The notes under the pieces were generated by a model. It did not search any database. It had not been told where the DNA came from and was given only the letters and a program-made list of their open reading frames with translations. From positions 4,154,001 to 4,218,000 of the forward strand of contig CM035354.1 of the NCBI GenBank assembly GCA_020137815.1: 64,000 nucleotides of DNA, in the 5' to 3' direction. Below are positions 1-17,547 of the stretch, in pieces (the first letter of the stretch is position 1; each line of letters starts with the position of its first letter). Position numbers and translations under genes: made by a program. Origin of the DNA: Hormiphora californensis (taxonomy: Eukaryota; Animalia; Ctenophora).

Positions 1-1989
1 ATTTACCGACTAACCTGAGTTTCTTGGTGATCATCCTTCTAATGAACATTATCATGCATCGAGCACTAGTTTCCTACTTTGTCGCCCAACTCAAGACAAG
101 TCCATGTCATGCTGACTTCCCTCGTGACTGGGTTTGTGTACCTCGCTATAAAGCACACTAGCACAAGAATGAACCCTCCTCCCTCTCCCGCTGAGGTACC
201 GGGCATGCCAATAGGAAACGGTACAACCCTAACGGACTCTCTCTACTGGATGGCTGTGGGGATGAGCAACATGGTATTCTCCAGCAACATCTACTGCTCA
301 CTAGTTCTTACAATAGGCCTTGTCCTCAGCTCTCCCATCCTCGGATTAATGTCCTGGGTTGGCTAGCGCCTGTGGCGGTTCTCACAGTCCTAATGGTGGC
401 ACCATACAACCTCACTGACTCTACAATCCAACTGTACCTCTTCCAGGGTGTGCTAAACATGGGCAGCGTGGCAGGTCCTCTTTTTCGTTCTCAACAGGGA
501 ATCATTCCTGCTGGGTGTCCTGACAACTGTTTCCTCGACCCTTATCTCCATTGCTCTCCATGTGGTAGCCGGACAGGTCACTGTGATCGGGGCCCTAGGG
601 ATGCTATCTAGTCCTAATTCCCGTGCCACATGTTCGGTAGCTACTATTCCACGTGTCATCCCAGTAGGATTTGGTATCCATGACGACCCCGGAGGAACAC
701 TGCAGGAGGTACAGGCTGTCTAAACACGTGCTGGGACAACTAAAGGGTGAACGGGTCTGGTTACTGAAACAGAGATCTGAAGTGTTTAGCAAGATCGAAG
801 AATCACTACTCCCTGCGCTAATGTGTTCCCTGGCGGGTCAGAATGATATGGATCGGTTGAGGAGGCTGCTGGAGTTTGGTGCTAACCCGGACACCCCTGA
901 TTATGGGGGCAGGAGCCCTATACACGTGGCAGCTAGTGAGGGAAACAAGGAGGCTGTGTACGTGTTGCTGAGATACAGAGCTGATATCAACAGGTTGGAT
1001 AATGGGTGTCATACCTGCCCTGACAGCGGCCCTAGTCTCACCGTCACTTTGATCTAGCTCTCTACCTTCACAGAAAGGGTGGTAAGGTTCTCCTTCCTTC
1101 AACAGAACCTGGCCACCACTCTGTGCGAGATGGCATCCAAGGGGGACACCACAGCACTGCAAATGTGGATAGGACTGCGGGGTTAGTCCGTCTAGTGTGG
1201 CTGATTACGGGGCACGGACTCCGCTGGAGTACGCTGCTAACGATGCGACAAGAGCAGTCCTTGCACGGCGGTGTGTTCGACTCCAGGGTATTCATAGAAA
1301 ATCACATCGCCCTCGATTTGGATAAACCTGTTCCCCGGTTCACCAGGATTAGAGCGTGGCCTACCCCAAACGTGGATTCTGTGGTAGTTGGGGGAGGTGT
1401 TAAACAGCGAACAAAACCCCTTCCTAGCTGCCCCACTCGTGTGTCTCCTTATGTTGCTAGGCGACGGAGAGATGCTGCGAGAGTATTTCAGACTACACTC
1501 CACCAGCCTCCACACGTTACGAGACTTATGACTGGTCGGACTCCTCTTCACATGGCGTGTAGCACGGGAAACATAGCTGCTGTCCGGTTACTGCTTTGGA
1601 ACAAGGTGGATATCAACTGCCATGGACAGGTTTGGGTCAACTCCCCTTACTTGAGGCATGCCGGAGCAAGCACGAGAAGGTAGCGAGGTATCTGGTGCGG
1701 CGGGGTGGTACTCTCCCCACCAAATACACCCCGGACCTCTACTGGGCGGTGTGGGACAGTGAGTATGAAGATGGTGACGAGACTGGTGGAGTGTGGGGCA
1801 GATCCAGGGAGGGTTGACTACGCGGGACGGAGTCCACTGGACATTGCTAAACCGGCCATGCGGGAACACATCGAGGGGCTGGTGAGCGAGGGAGGGGGAG
1901 GAGGGGGAGGGAGGAATGCAGCACCATCACCAGAGAACACCAGCATTCAAGTCCGATCATCGCTAAGAAGAGGACGTCCAGCACGATAA
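1..1989 (+). CDS. Divergent urea transporter (UT/SLC14 fold) fused to C-terminal ankyrin repeats; 5'-partial, several frameshifts
   Basis: Stitched frames read ...AVGMSNMVFSSNIYCSLVLTIGLVLSSPILGLMSWVG...FVLNRESFLLGVLTTVSSTLISIAL...IPRVIPV-LVSMTTPEEHCRRY. This is colinear with the UT C-terminal half (GVGQ..DNPWTGGIFL.AILLSSPL..; ..VTYPEENR). ORF 671-1057 runs from that motif straight into DYGGRSPIHVAASEGNKEAVYVLL; later ANK motifs are GRTPLHMACSTGN, TPLLEACRSKH and DYAGRSPLDIA. The 3' end is approximate. Confidence 0.75.
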
Positions 1990-2839
1990 CCCTGACGGTG
2001 CACAATGATAACCAAATTAGAGCGTGCGATGGAGAGGATATGGGGAGTCATGTCTAACTGAGGGGAGGGTGAGAGAGAGATAGGGGTATTACTTCTCTCT
2101 GTTAGTATCCACGATCCAGTGGGGAGTATCATGTCAGTATGTCTAACGAGAATCTCGTATCCAGTGGAGACTGGAGAGTATGAGATTACCCGATACAGTA
2201 CATCACAGCGCCAGCAAAACGAGAATCATCCAAAGTCAACAAGAACTCTCAATCTTCCAACAAGAATTCTCAACTAGCCATGGGAGTAATCCCAAGTATT
2301 CGATACCCAAACTAAAGTGGGATGGATTTAAGATATAAATCGAGGCGAAAACAGTCATTCAGAATTTATTTGTTTGTGTCTGTATTTCACATGTTTATAA
2401 TTGTTTACCCGGTTTTTTATTCAAAACAGGGAACCAAATTGTAGTTTCTTTATCTCGTGTATAACTCGGCTAAACACTTTTGGCCGTATGTCAAGCAATC
2501 ACTAACTCTATAGAACATGAGAACGTCATGAAACAAAACCGGTTTCTCTACAATCGGGGGGGGGGGGGGTGAGAATCGGTGTCTCGTGTGAGAGGAATAG
2601 ATAAGAAGAAGAAGAAGACTTTCCAAGCGGGGATGTGGGCATTGCATATAATACGTATATTCCTCCATGAACCCATCCAATATACATACTGCTTTCTACA
2701 ACCATCACCTACTCATAACACTTCAAAAAGTTCAAATCAGTAATCACCATGCCATTGTTACCAAGTGTAACTAAGTGTTGCCAGTGTTACCAAATGTTAC
2801 TATGGTATCCATCAGTATAACCACCCATACATAACATAC

Positions 2840-3284
2840 CATTCCAAGGTTAGCCTTCTCTGCAGCCAGCATGAGAGGAGTCCAGTCCGCCTGTTTAAGG
2901 GCGTCCACAGCGGCACCATGTTCTAGTAACCATTGAACCATCTTGTTCTGGCCGTGCTGGGCAGCCTCGTGAAGAGCTCTCTTTCCGGTCTTATTGGCAT
3001 GCTCCATGTAGCCTCCTGGGATGATGGGGGGACTATAACATAGTGCTTTGTCTCTGTCTCTCACCAACTCTCTCTATCTTGCTCTCTCTCCCCTCCCTCT
3101 ACATCCCTTCCTCTACCTCTCTCTATCTCTATAGCCTATATATCTCTCTATCTCTCTTACCTCCGAATTTATGAAGTAGCACCTCCGCTACATTGGTGTG
3201 TCCGTTCTTGGCTGCAATTATCAGGAGTGTATCTCTGTTCTTGTTACAGCATGAAATACATCCTTCACCATTAGACAGGGATTC
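2840..3284 (-). CDS. ANKRD16: ANKRD16-like ankyrin repeat protein (two internal exons, 3284-3161 and 3015-2840; terminal exons not resolved)
   Basis: DTLLIIAAKNGHTNVAEVL and GKRALHEAAQHG...GAAVDALKQADWTPLMLAA match the ANKRD16-type KRPLHEAA..VDCLKKADWTPLMMA signature. Canonical ag/gt boundaries. Confidence 0.7.
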
Positions 3285-5205
3285 CTGAATGTTAACATGG
3301 TTACCATTGTTACCGTTGTTACCGTGGTAATATATCATGGACTATGGTCTCTTGTGGTTGTCCAATTTAGCTGATCTTGGTCACATTGGAAAGCTAATCG
3401 ATAGCCAAACATAATTGGTTAAATTTTGAACCGGAAAATATTTTTTCCTGGAATGAATGACAATGTTCATTCCGATCAAAAAAATGAATTTTGAGCTAGA
3501 GGTCTGAAATTTTGGTCAAGTTATTTATTTGTCTCATAGAGTTACTGAACCAAATTTTAGCGCTCCACGATATCTGGAACTATGGTAGACTTGGGGTGGG
3601 CATTTTTATTGCCCCACACGGTAGTTACCTTTAGGCACATGGCCCGGCCCTTGGTAGCGAGGGTGATAAGCCCGCTTGTTCGACAACCACAGCCTTGGAC
3701 CATCCTGGGTTCCAAGGGATCGTAGGGCGAATGCAGCTACAATAAATCACTGAACCTGGGAGTTGGGAAGCATTTAGAGATTAGTATAGAACTCTCGCCT
3801 TCTTTGGGATTGGTTTGGGTTTGGGTTGGTTGGTCCTTGATGAATCCGTGGCCCCTCGACACCTTGACACCCTTACCACCATTCTTCACAGTGATGGAAT
3901 TCTCCTCCTACCCAATGCGGCTCGAGTGAAAACAAGTGACAACGTCAGAGTTATTTGGGAGGAGAGCATGAAACCATCTTTGTGCTTGCCAGCGCAATAT
4001 TGCTATGATAGTTTTCGGTGGGTAAATAGATTATTATTGATTATTAATTTGCTAAAAAACTCAAAAAAATTGGGGTGAGTTCACCCCTAGTGGAATCAAT
4101 TATACCCCTGGTACCTATATCATCCGGGACCTTTTGGGGAGCACACTTGCATATCTGCAGAGGTGGCTCAACAGTAGCCAAGTTAACTCTGAGTTGCATA
4201 GCATATTCGCATCGACACATCTCACTTCCCAGGAGAGACCATGGACTACTGTATGAGGGAGATCAGTGACCTACCCTCCGACAATGATTGATTGCAGCAG
4301 ATTTTATATCGGATATTTGAATAAGAAACAAACATTGTGTTTTAATTAAAATCGTATTTTCAAGACAAGTGGCCCTGTGATAGGGTTATTTAGGTGATAG
4401 GTATGTAAAATTTCACCGTTGCGCTTGCCAGCGTGCTATGAGCTGATGATTGGTAACTAAAGGAAAGTGGAACCGCTAAGTGAGAGATAATAATAATTGA
4501 TGCTTTGCAGGGGTTTATAAGACCACCCCTACCGGATATAATACTTGGCTAAGGTACCATCCGGGAACTTTATGGAAACGTATGAAACGTGTTTAATTGC
4601 TCTCTTGTTGCATTGTGCTTCGTTTCACGTTCTCAGACGCCAGAATGGGATGTTTTCCTCATTAAAATGCGGCTCAGCTCAGGTCTGTCTCTAGTTCTCC
4701 CAGAATCCTAATTTTCAAGGGAGTTCGTACGGAGGGTTCCAGGCTATACCGTCTATACCCGGGTGGTATGAGACTTGGTACGCTTTAGCTTAATGCCCCC
4801 GAATCCCGACGTCCCGTTTTTATTTTCCCGGCGGTTAAAATTCCCACGACCCCTCACGTCTGCGCGCGCCGAGTTTGGCTACCAGACGCAAAGCGCGTTA
4901 CGTTTGTCAAACTCACCAAAGTGTGACAGAGAGAGGGCCTGGTCTTGTCTCACAATTCTAGGTTTCCCGTGTGGCGGTGTCTATGAAATAAGATGCGGTG
5001 TGAGCCACACAATAGCTGCTGCAGTAGTTCTCTCACCAGTATCTATCACACAATACACCGGACATAATGCTAGTGGAGAGGGTGTGTCAGTACTGGGATA
5101 ATTGGATAACTGGGTCAAGTTAAAATGGGGGGGGGGGGAATAAAACAGCGCTTTGTTAAAACAGGTTGTCAGTATAATAAATTAGTTAAAACCAAGTTAA
5201 AAGTA

Positions 5206-8200
5206 TCACTCCAGGCCAGATGCAGTAAAGATACACTCCATAGCGCCCTGCAACTTCATATACTGCTCCTGGGCTTTGACCTCCCACTGCAGACGCCTCC
5301 TAAGTCTCTCAAAGAGGTTGTCAATAGCAGGAGACATGCCAATTACAGATGAATATAGATCTGAGTGGGGTTGAGGGGGGGGGGTGTTAGTGAGGTCAGT
5401 AGTCCATAACCATTATACATTACAGGACAGGTCTTATATCACCAATGTCCTAACTTTTAGCCTGGTGTGTACACATATTCCAACTGAAATACTACTTGTG
5501 TAGCTCATACTGCATTTCATATAGTCAGACCAATATAAATTACCTGCCAGTATGTGTGCTACATCCACCAGTACAGTACAGTGTTTAGGATCCGTTACAT
5601 TCCGTACAATAAAACTCAGAATGGGAGCCAGAGTCTCCTCGTTCCGTCCCGATAGTACACTTTTCATGGCGTCACGTCGGAACAACTCCTGAAGAACACT
5701 AACCACCACCTCCGCATTCTGTCGTGTCTGGGGAGAGGGTGGGTTATACAAAAAGTCCATACTTGAGGCTTACCTAATGGGTGCGTTAATTAGCGCTAGT
5801 GATGTATAAGCAGGAAGGGGGTATGTTAGAATGGTATAATGTACCTCAAGGACGCTATCAAGAGCCTCTGTGTATTGAAACTTTTTCAAGTGCTGATCGT
5901 ATTTTGATAACTTCTGTCTCTTCGCACCTGAATCCGCTATACTGTCTTTCTGAAATGGGAAATAAATAGTCAGTCTCAAAACAACTAATTGGTAAGCATT
6001 ACTGTCATAATTAATGTTGAATTGATCCTCAGCTCTTACCGGTCCTGGAGCAATATTCTTCCCTCTAGCAAAGTATGCGAATGATCCTGGTTTTATTGCA
6101 GACACGGGACGTTTCACAGCATCCTCTTTACCCACTGGACTCTCTCTGACATTTAGTACCCCATCACTACACCCAACAACGAGGTGGCTGTTGCTCGTCT
6201 GGAGATATATGGAGTTAAAAATGAGAGGAGATAGAGGAACACTTCGTTTACAAAATGTTGATGGAAAGCGAGAGAGAGTAGAGCACGGCGAGGCCTGAGG
6301 GATTGGGGATTCTACTGGGACTGGGGGACGGGTGCATGCAGTCGAGCAAGAGCAGGGAGAGTGTGTGGAAGGATAGTGTTTAGGGGGAGGGGATAGGATT
6401 GTGGATTCTAGTGGGGTACAGCAGCACAAGAGGAGTGGTACTCACCGTAGTCCCCACGGATAGAACAGGTGCTGCGTACTTGATGGAATGTGTAACTTTG
6501 TATGTTGATAAATCATACATCTTAACTTGACTGAGAGATAGATCATAAAGTTATATAATGATTATCCCTTCTTTATATCGGAATAATAGAAGGCTCGAGC
6601 CGAATCGAACCCCTTTTTTGGTTCTTGAGACGACAGGAGGCTCTTAAAGCCGTTAACAATCGCCCAAAACTCACTGATCTAGAGACCCGGATAGTAGTCT
6701 AGTACCAGTGCCATCCAAACTGATACAAGATACAGTTTTCTGATGGTTGGAGAGGACGGCCAGGGGACCTCCACTAGATCTGTGAACATCCCAAACCTTT
6801 ATCCTGTGGGAGAATAGAGTTATAACTAGCATGTGTATTAACCTGCATTACACTAGTAACCTGAGCTATTATGTTCCAACTGGGATCAAGTTAATAACCT
6901 GCATTATGCTAGTAATAAGCAAATTAAGCTAAGATGTATACAGTCGGACCACATTTACCGGAACCCGATTTACCGGGATCTCACTGTATTCCAATGTCGT
7001 GATTTACCTGTTACCCCCACAACTGATGGCCATTGAACCCGATGGAAGAAGGAGGCAACCCTCAACGGGTGCACCGTGGTCAAGTGTGGCTGCTACCTCT
7101 CCACTCCTCTTATCCCACAGTTTTACTGTGTGATCGTAGCTTCCTGGGGAGAAGGATACTAGTTATTAGAGATGGTACGGGGGGAAGGGAGACTAGAGAT
7201 AGTGAGGGGTACTGAGGAGGCCGGAGGGTGCACTAGACTAGAGATGGTACAAGGTATAGTCTAGTTATTAAAGAAGATCTCTGATCTACTAATTATTAAC
7301 TCACCCGTTAGCCAGGAGTCAGGTTGTGATGGTGAAGTTGAAGCACACCTCACATAATCCTCATGTCCCCTCATACACAGCACCTCCGCAGCTGTTGAAA
7401 GATCCCAGCACCTCACCGTCTTGTCGTCCGAACCCGTCAAAACATGGATATTACTCTCGTCAAATCTATAGTGGGGAATCAAGTGGTTACTAGTGGGGTT
7501 ACTAGAGAGGTTACTAGGGAGGTTACTAGTGGGGTCATCTTATTGGTCATCTAGTCTCTAGACCAAAAAGTTTTCACACAAAAGACTTCCCTCTCCCAAC
7601 CGATGGCTGCACTGTGTGAGTAAAGATACAACTTAGTATGAATACAAAAAAACAATATTTACCTGGTGACGTGAACGGCCCGAGCGTGACCAGCAAACTG
7701 CCTGAGGATAGACCTTGTTCCAACTTCAAACACCTGCGCAGGGGGATAACAATAAACACAATATACTACTGAGATGGTGTCGTGTATGGTCAGACAATCT
7801 ACTCATCCCCTCTCATTCTCTTTCTCTCTCATGAGAAATGGTTCAATCAAACTGATCAAAAAGATAGTACTTGATATAATACTCTTTTTCTCCCCAAGGC
7901 CAACGGCCACGGTAGTTTCCACAAGGGGACGTCTATACTCCCCCTCCTTTAGAACTGGCGCTGAGAGAAAGATTCTTCTTTCTCTCACCGCCAGTTCTCA
8001 AGGAGGGGGAGTATATTACTCGACAATCACCTGTACAGAGTTATCCTCAGAGCCAGCTACCAGCAGCTTTCCATCTCTCCTAACAAATCCCGAGTAGGCA
8101 GTCTTCTTGAACCTACTGACTGTCTGTACTACATCACCTTTCCTCGCACTGTAGACTGTCACCTGAGTGAGTGGGTTCAATCAATAGTTACACTTCCTTG

Positions 8201-8994
8201 TTTTATTAATTTGAATAAGTAGGCTCAAGTTTTTCATTTATTAAACTAGTAAAATATATGTTAAAAATGATATGTTAAATACCTTAGTTCCAGTAGTAGC
8301 TGTGTACAAGTCAGATCCGGAAAATGAGAGATGAGACACTCCTCCATACTCTTTGAAGGCTACTGCAAACTGGAAAAAGAGGAATTATATCATCAGTATT
8401 CATTGGAAAATAACAATAAAATTCCAGGCGAGAAGCAACAGCAAGAATATTCTATGAAACATGTTCAGATGAATCAAGATGCTGTGACGTCTTTTTCCGA
8501 GAACAATGTTCTCAGAACATCTCATCAGCCTACTAGACTTCTGTAGATATATCACCTTGATTCTATAGAGTAGTATGTGATACTGTCAGATTGCGATGAT
8601 TAGATTGAGATATATCAGAGAACGATAGAGATCAGAAAGAAGAATGTTAATATACTCATATTCATTGCATCTAGTTCTTGGCTCAAGATGTCAATATAAC
8701 AAGCTAGGCCACCAACTGTGTGTTTCTACTAGTGCGAATGTCACTAGAAAATATTATGATTTATGGTGTAAGAAAGGTCAATGCCATTCACTTCATTAAT
8801 TCACATGTTCATTGTTTATTCCCGGTGGTAATCTGTCAAGCATTTATCATTTACTAACTTGTTATCTCTCTATTCAACAGTTCAAAAATTCTTCAACCAA
8901 CCTTGAATTTCTTCCAGAATCTAGTCTCGGGTGGGTTAACTTTGGGTACAGTTCGAGTGTGTTCACGTATTATCAATTTCTTGACATCTGCCAT
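5206..8994 (-). CDS. UTP15: U3 snoRNA-associated protein 15 (WD40 + UTP15 C-terminal domain), 12 exons, about 498 aa
   Basis: Exons 8994-8902, 8369-8283, 8162-8031, 7733-7663, 7465-7305, 7143-7008, 6803-6675, 6530-6446, 6198-6040, 5949-5845, 5727-5544, 5360-5206; all GT-AG and phase-consistent. Motifs SRFKKTAYSG.VRRDGKLLVAG, GHEDYVRC, SYDHTVKLWD, NHQKTVSC, KYDQHLKKFQYTEALD. Confidence 0.95.
6939..6988. mobile_element. Minimal Tc1/pogo-like MITE remnant in a UTP15 intron
   Basis: TA|CAGT...ACTG|TA termini with an internal repeated ATTTACCGG. Confidence 0.5.
7934..8015. mobile_element. 82-bp hairpin MITE (TA-flanked, CTCCC termini) in UTP15 intron 3
   Basis: TATACTCCCCCTCCTTTAGAACTGGCGCTGAGAGAAAG, a 6-nt loop, then a near-perfect reverse complement ending GGAGGGGGAGTATA. 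Confidence 0.7.
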
Positions 8995-9326
8995 GGTCTG
9001 TTAGTAAATAATTGTAGGATCAATTAGATGGGCTCGTAATGGAGAATTAACTTTGGGATCAAGGTTTGCAGTGGCGGTACAGGGGTATGGTAAGTATTTT
9101 TTGGAAGAAAGAATAAAGGTTAAAACCAAGACTGGGTTATTTTGTAACACAATTGAAACATAGTCAAACTATTAATATGTATAAATAAATGCTCAAAATA
9201 TAAACTCCAAAATATTTACAATCCCAATGAATTAAAAGTCGGCACAGAGAGAGAGAGAGCACACACCTCTCAGCTATAACGAAGTTACCCCTCCTTGGTC
9301 AGCGTCTAGTCATGCGAAGTTACTAA

Positions 9327-9846
9327 GGGGGGGGGGGGGGCCTGCCGCAAGAATCTCATGCCTCATTGGCGATTTTCAGGGTAGCTGGGATTTTTGAGAT
9401 TTTCGATTTTTGGCTAAAAAACGTGGGATTTTTGAGATTTTTGAGGCAAATTTGCGATTTTTCGGGAAAAACCGCAAATTTTTCTCAAAAATCTCATAGA
9501 AAGGAAAAATTTCCATTCGAAAATTTGGAATAGAAACAATCCTTGTGTTTTTTTACCAAAAATCGAAATTCTGAATAGAAATTTTCCTTGTGTTCTAGTA
9601 CAAAAGTTAATGTGAAGCTAAAACATGAAATTTACCTATTTAAATTACTAAATTGATATTATGATTAAGTTTTAAGCTAAAAAATATGTCGAAAAACTGA
9701 GTATTGGCAGCCAAAATTGTGCCAATTTACCACAAAAATCTCAAAAATCTCAAACGTAATTGAGCAAATTTTCCCAAAAATCTCAAAAATCTCATCGGCC
9801 GAAAAGAGGGTAGCTGAGATTTTTGCGGCAGCCCCCCCCCCCCCCC
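9327..9846. mobile_element. MITE with poly-G/poly-C termini
   Basis: G(n)-CTGCCGCAAgAATCTCA ... TGAGATTTTTGCGGCAG-C(n). Internal GATTTTTGAGATTTT / AAAATCTCAAAAATC motifs are inverted. TACTAA flanks both sides (9321-9326, 9847-9852). Confidence 0.8.
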
Positions 9847-9869
9847 TACTAAACACGGTATCATGCCGG

Positions 9870-11878
9870 TTACAAGGCCAGGGTGTGCCTTTGGACGCAA
9901 TTATCTGCCCCACAAGTCACAAAAACCCCGTCCTCTCGAATACCTAGTCCCTCGACTGATCCCTGGTGAATTCTCTCCGAGTATACTACATGTCCTACCT
10001 CCGCAAACACCCGTTGCGATTCCTCCGCAAGCGTTCCTGAACTCTCTCCTTCACTGACCCGCCAAACAATTACATATCCACCAGAACTTGTACACACAAC
10101 AAACAACTCTGAATTCCTTCTTGATAAACCCAATGTAGGTGAGGGTTGATGCGCCAATAACGTTGCTAGGCAACGCCATTCTTACCAAAACACTCCCAAC
10201 CTTCCGTTCCTCTCTCAACCACTCACGAATAACAGCTGTATTGTCATCAGAGCAAGTTACAATCAAGCGATTTACCCTCCCAGGTGCACCATGCGACCGC
10301 TGTCACAGCTAGTAGAGTGATCATCTCTTATCACAGGCAACCTGCTTCCTTCGTTTCCAGATCTGTAATCAGGACTGTTTGGTCCTCGGAGGATGTAGCG
10401 ATAAGGTTATCATCTCGTCCTGGTGAAAATGCAATTGACCATATTTCCGCTCTGATGTGGAGGGAACCAAATCGAGGATTAGTACAGGTCGGATCAGGGT
10501 GGTGTACTAACAAGGTGAAGCTGTGGACTGGATAAGGTTCGGAAAGAGTGAACACCTCAACCTCACCAGACACAACACCGGCACACAGTAGTCCATTGTG
10601 CACTTCAATACAGGTCACCGTATCTTTAGCATTCATAACACAGTCAGTATCCATGGTAACCAGGTTAGCTTGGTATAACGATCCGGTGAGGGTACCAAAG
10701 AAGGCTCTGGAAAGGCTTTCAAACCGGACACATCGCACAGAATCAGGGACTACAGCAACTATAAGAGGGGTGACACTGGGTGGTTTCCATAGCAACAGAT
10801 TTCCACTCATGTCCCCGGATAGAATTGTATCACCATAGATATCCACACCCGCACAGGACACAGAGTGGTGTTGAAGGGTCAGGAGAGGGGTCTCATTCTC
10901 ATATCTACATATCCCATCCACTGTAACAGCCCAGAGTGTGTGTTCCCTGGTTGCTAGGTAACAAGAGAACGCCCCTGGACCAGGGAAACTCCGTACAGTT
11001 GCCCCGGTAACAACATCAAGGATTATCATGGTTGAGGAGTTTTTCTGAAGGACCACGTGGTTTGGACCAGAGAACACCATAGCCCAAATTGGGATACTCG
11101 AAACGGTTTTGTGGTGAGCGATCTGGGTGAGTGATCCTGAGTCAAGGACCACAATGTCACGTGACTTGGTGGATAGGACAGTATATGTGCTGTTGAGAGC
11201 GCACCCCATTGACATTTCCGAAGTGATATCCCATCTCCCGACCTCTCTCAGAACGCCGTGTTTTTCAATCGGTGGTTGGAGTTTGAGGAGCGAAAACTCG
11301 GGCTCACACCACCTCCATGCAAGGAACTCTCGATCCCCGCCTTTTACGGTGGAAGCTGTATCTCCACCTATACCGGTGGAATTTCCACCAAGATTTCCTC
11401 CTGTTGGACAAACTGCGACTTGGTATATCCTGTCCACGGTTGAAGCTATCATTTCAGCTGAATCGTTGTGTAAGTGATACACCGCCAAACAGCTAGGATC
11501 AAACTCCCTCTTGCCTCGACCAAGGACCACTAACGTCGTATTATCGATGAATTTAGCGAGGGCTAAGGGTGCAGAGGGACAGGTAAAAGTTAGTTTTACG
11601 GTCCATTGAGCATCATAAACAGCGACAAGACCGGACCAGTCACCGCTCACCAGTAGGGACCCATCTGGAGAACAGCTTAGGAATGTTATAATGCTGCGAT
11701 GGTGGGGTGTCACATGATCGACATGTGATCCGTCCGGTGCCCAAGTCCTGATGGATCTAGAAAAAGGAACAGAGAGGGATGATGATGATGAGTGAAGGAC
11801 GGCGCCTGTTGTTACCGTGTGAACACCAAACACCTCACTCTCCAGAGACATACATGGAGCCGATATGTTATTCTCCAT
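9870..11878 (-). CDS. Intronless WD40 beta-propeller protein; frameshifts near 10335, 10285 and 10110
   Basis: 515-aa ORF with WD motifs (SPDGSLLVSGDWSG, ILSGDMSGNLLLW, IWSIAFSP..LIATSSEDQTV). It continues in other frames (LIVTCSDDNTAVI; HQGSVEGL..FVTCGADNCV) to a stop at 9870. Confidence 0.8.
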
Positions 11879-12296
11879 ACTTTGATAGTATCAAGCGACT
11901 TGTCTGAGCAGTGGATGGAATCCTCAAAAAGCGACTTGTCACTGAAGCTCCTCACATATTACACTGATCCTCATGAAGAAAACATCCTGGTGGCAGACAG
12001 CAAGTATAATATCAACAGACGACAGTGATGTTGTGTGTTTGTATTAGATCGCGTTTAGAAAAACAACACAATATGATCTTGTTAACTACACAAAATATTT
12101 TTTAGAACAAATAACATAATAATGAGTTCACACTTAGTATACAAACTGAACAAAACCCCATCCCTATTCACACTGATAAAGCCATACATGTTCAATCAAA
12201 GGGGAACTCAAATGATAAATCTCTCCGCTTTGCCTCAACAAGACTCCATAATCAATACGTCACACTATAGATGTAGTAGATCTAGTAAAGAAAATG

Positions 12297-12347
12297 CCAG
12301 TATCTAGTAGAGATACGGCCAGTATCTAGTAGAGATACGGCCAGTAT

Positions 12348-12366
<19 letters not shown>
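12297..12366. repeat. 22-bp tandem repeat (about 3 copies) overlapping the reductase stop codon
   Basis: Unit GGCCAGTATCTAGTAGAGATAC repeated. Confidence 0.85.
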
Positions 12367-17383
<5,017 letters not shown>

Positions 17384-17547
17384 ACTACTTTAAACTTTTT
17401 GAAGGAGTTGTTAAATTACAATCCTACGACATGTTTTAAGTATAAAAAGGAGCAACAAAAATTGTCTTCAAATAATACTAAGGTTAAAAACACATTCTTA
17501 ATTTGATTCTGGACTTCTTGGCTGTAAGTGAAGGTTAAAGCAATTTC

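Noticed and set aside
3600-4950. Possible retroelement remnants between ANKRD16-like and UTP15
   Set aside because: No RT, endonuclease or transposase motif or termini recognisable.
17384-17404. ACTACTTTAAAC, resembling my recollection of a ctenophore spliced leader
   Set aside because: Short AT-rich partial match, antisense to the gene, with no adjacent donor or Sm site; cannot be verified here.
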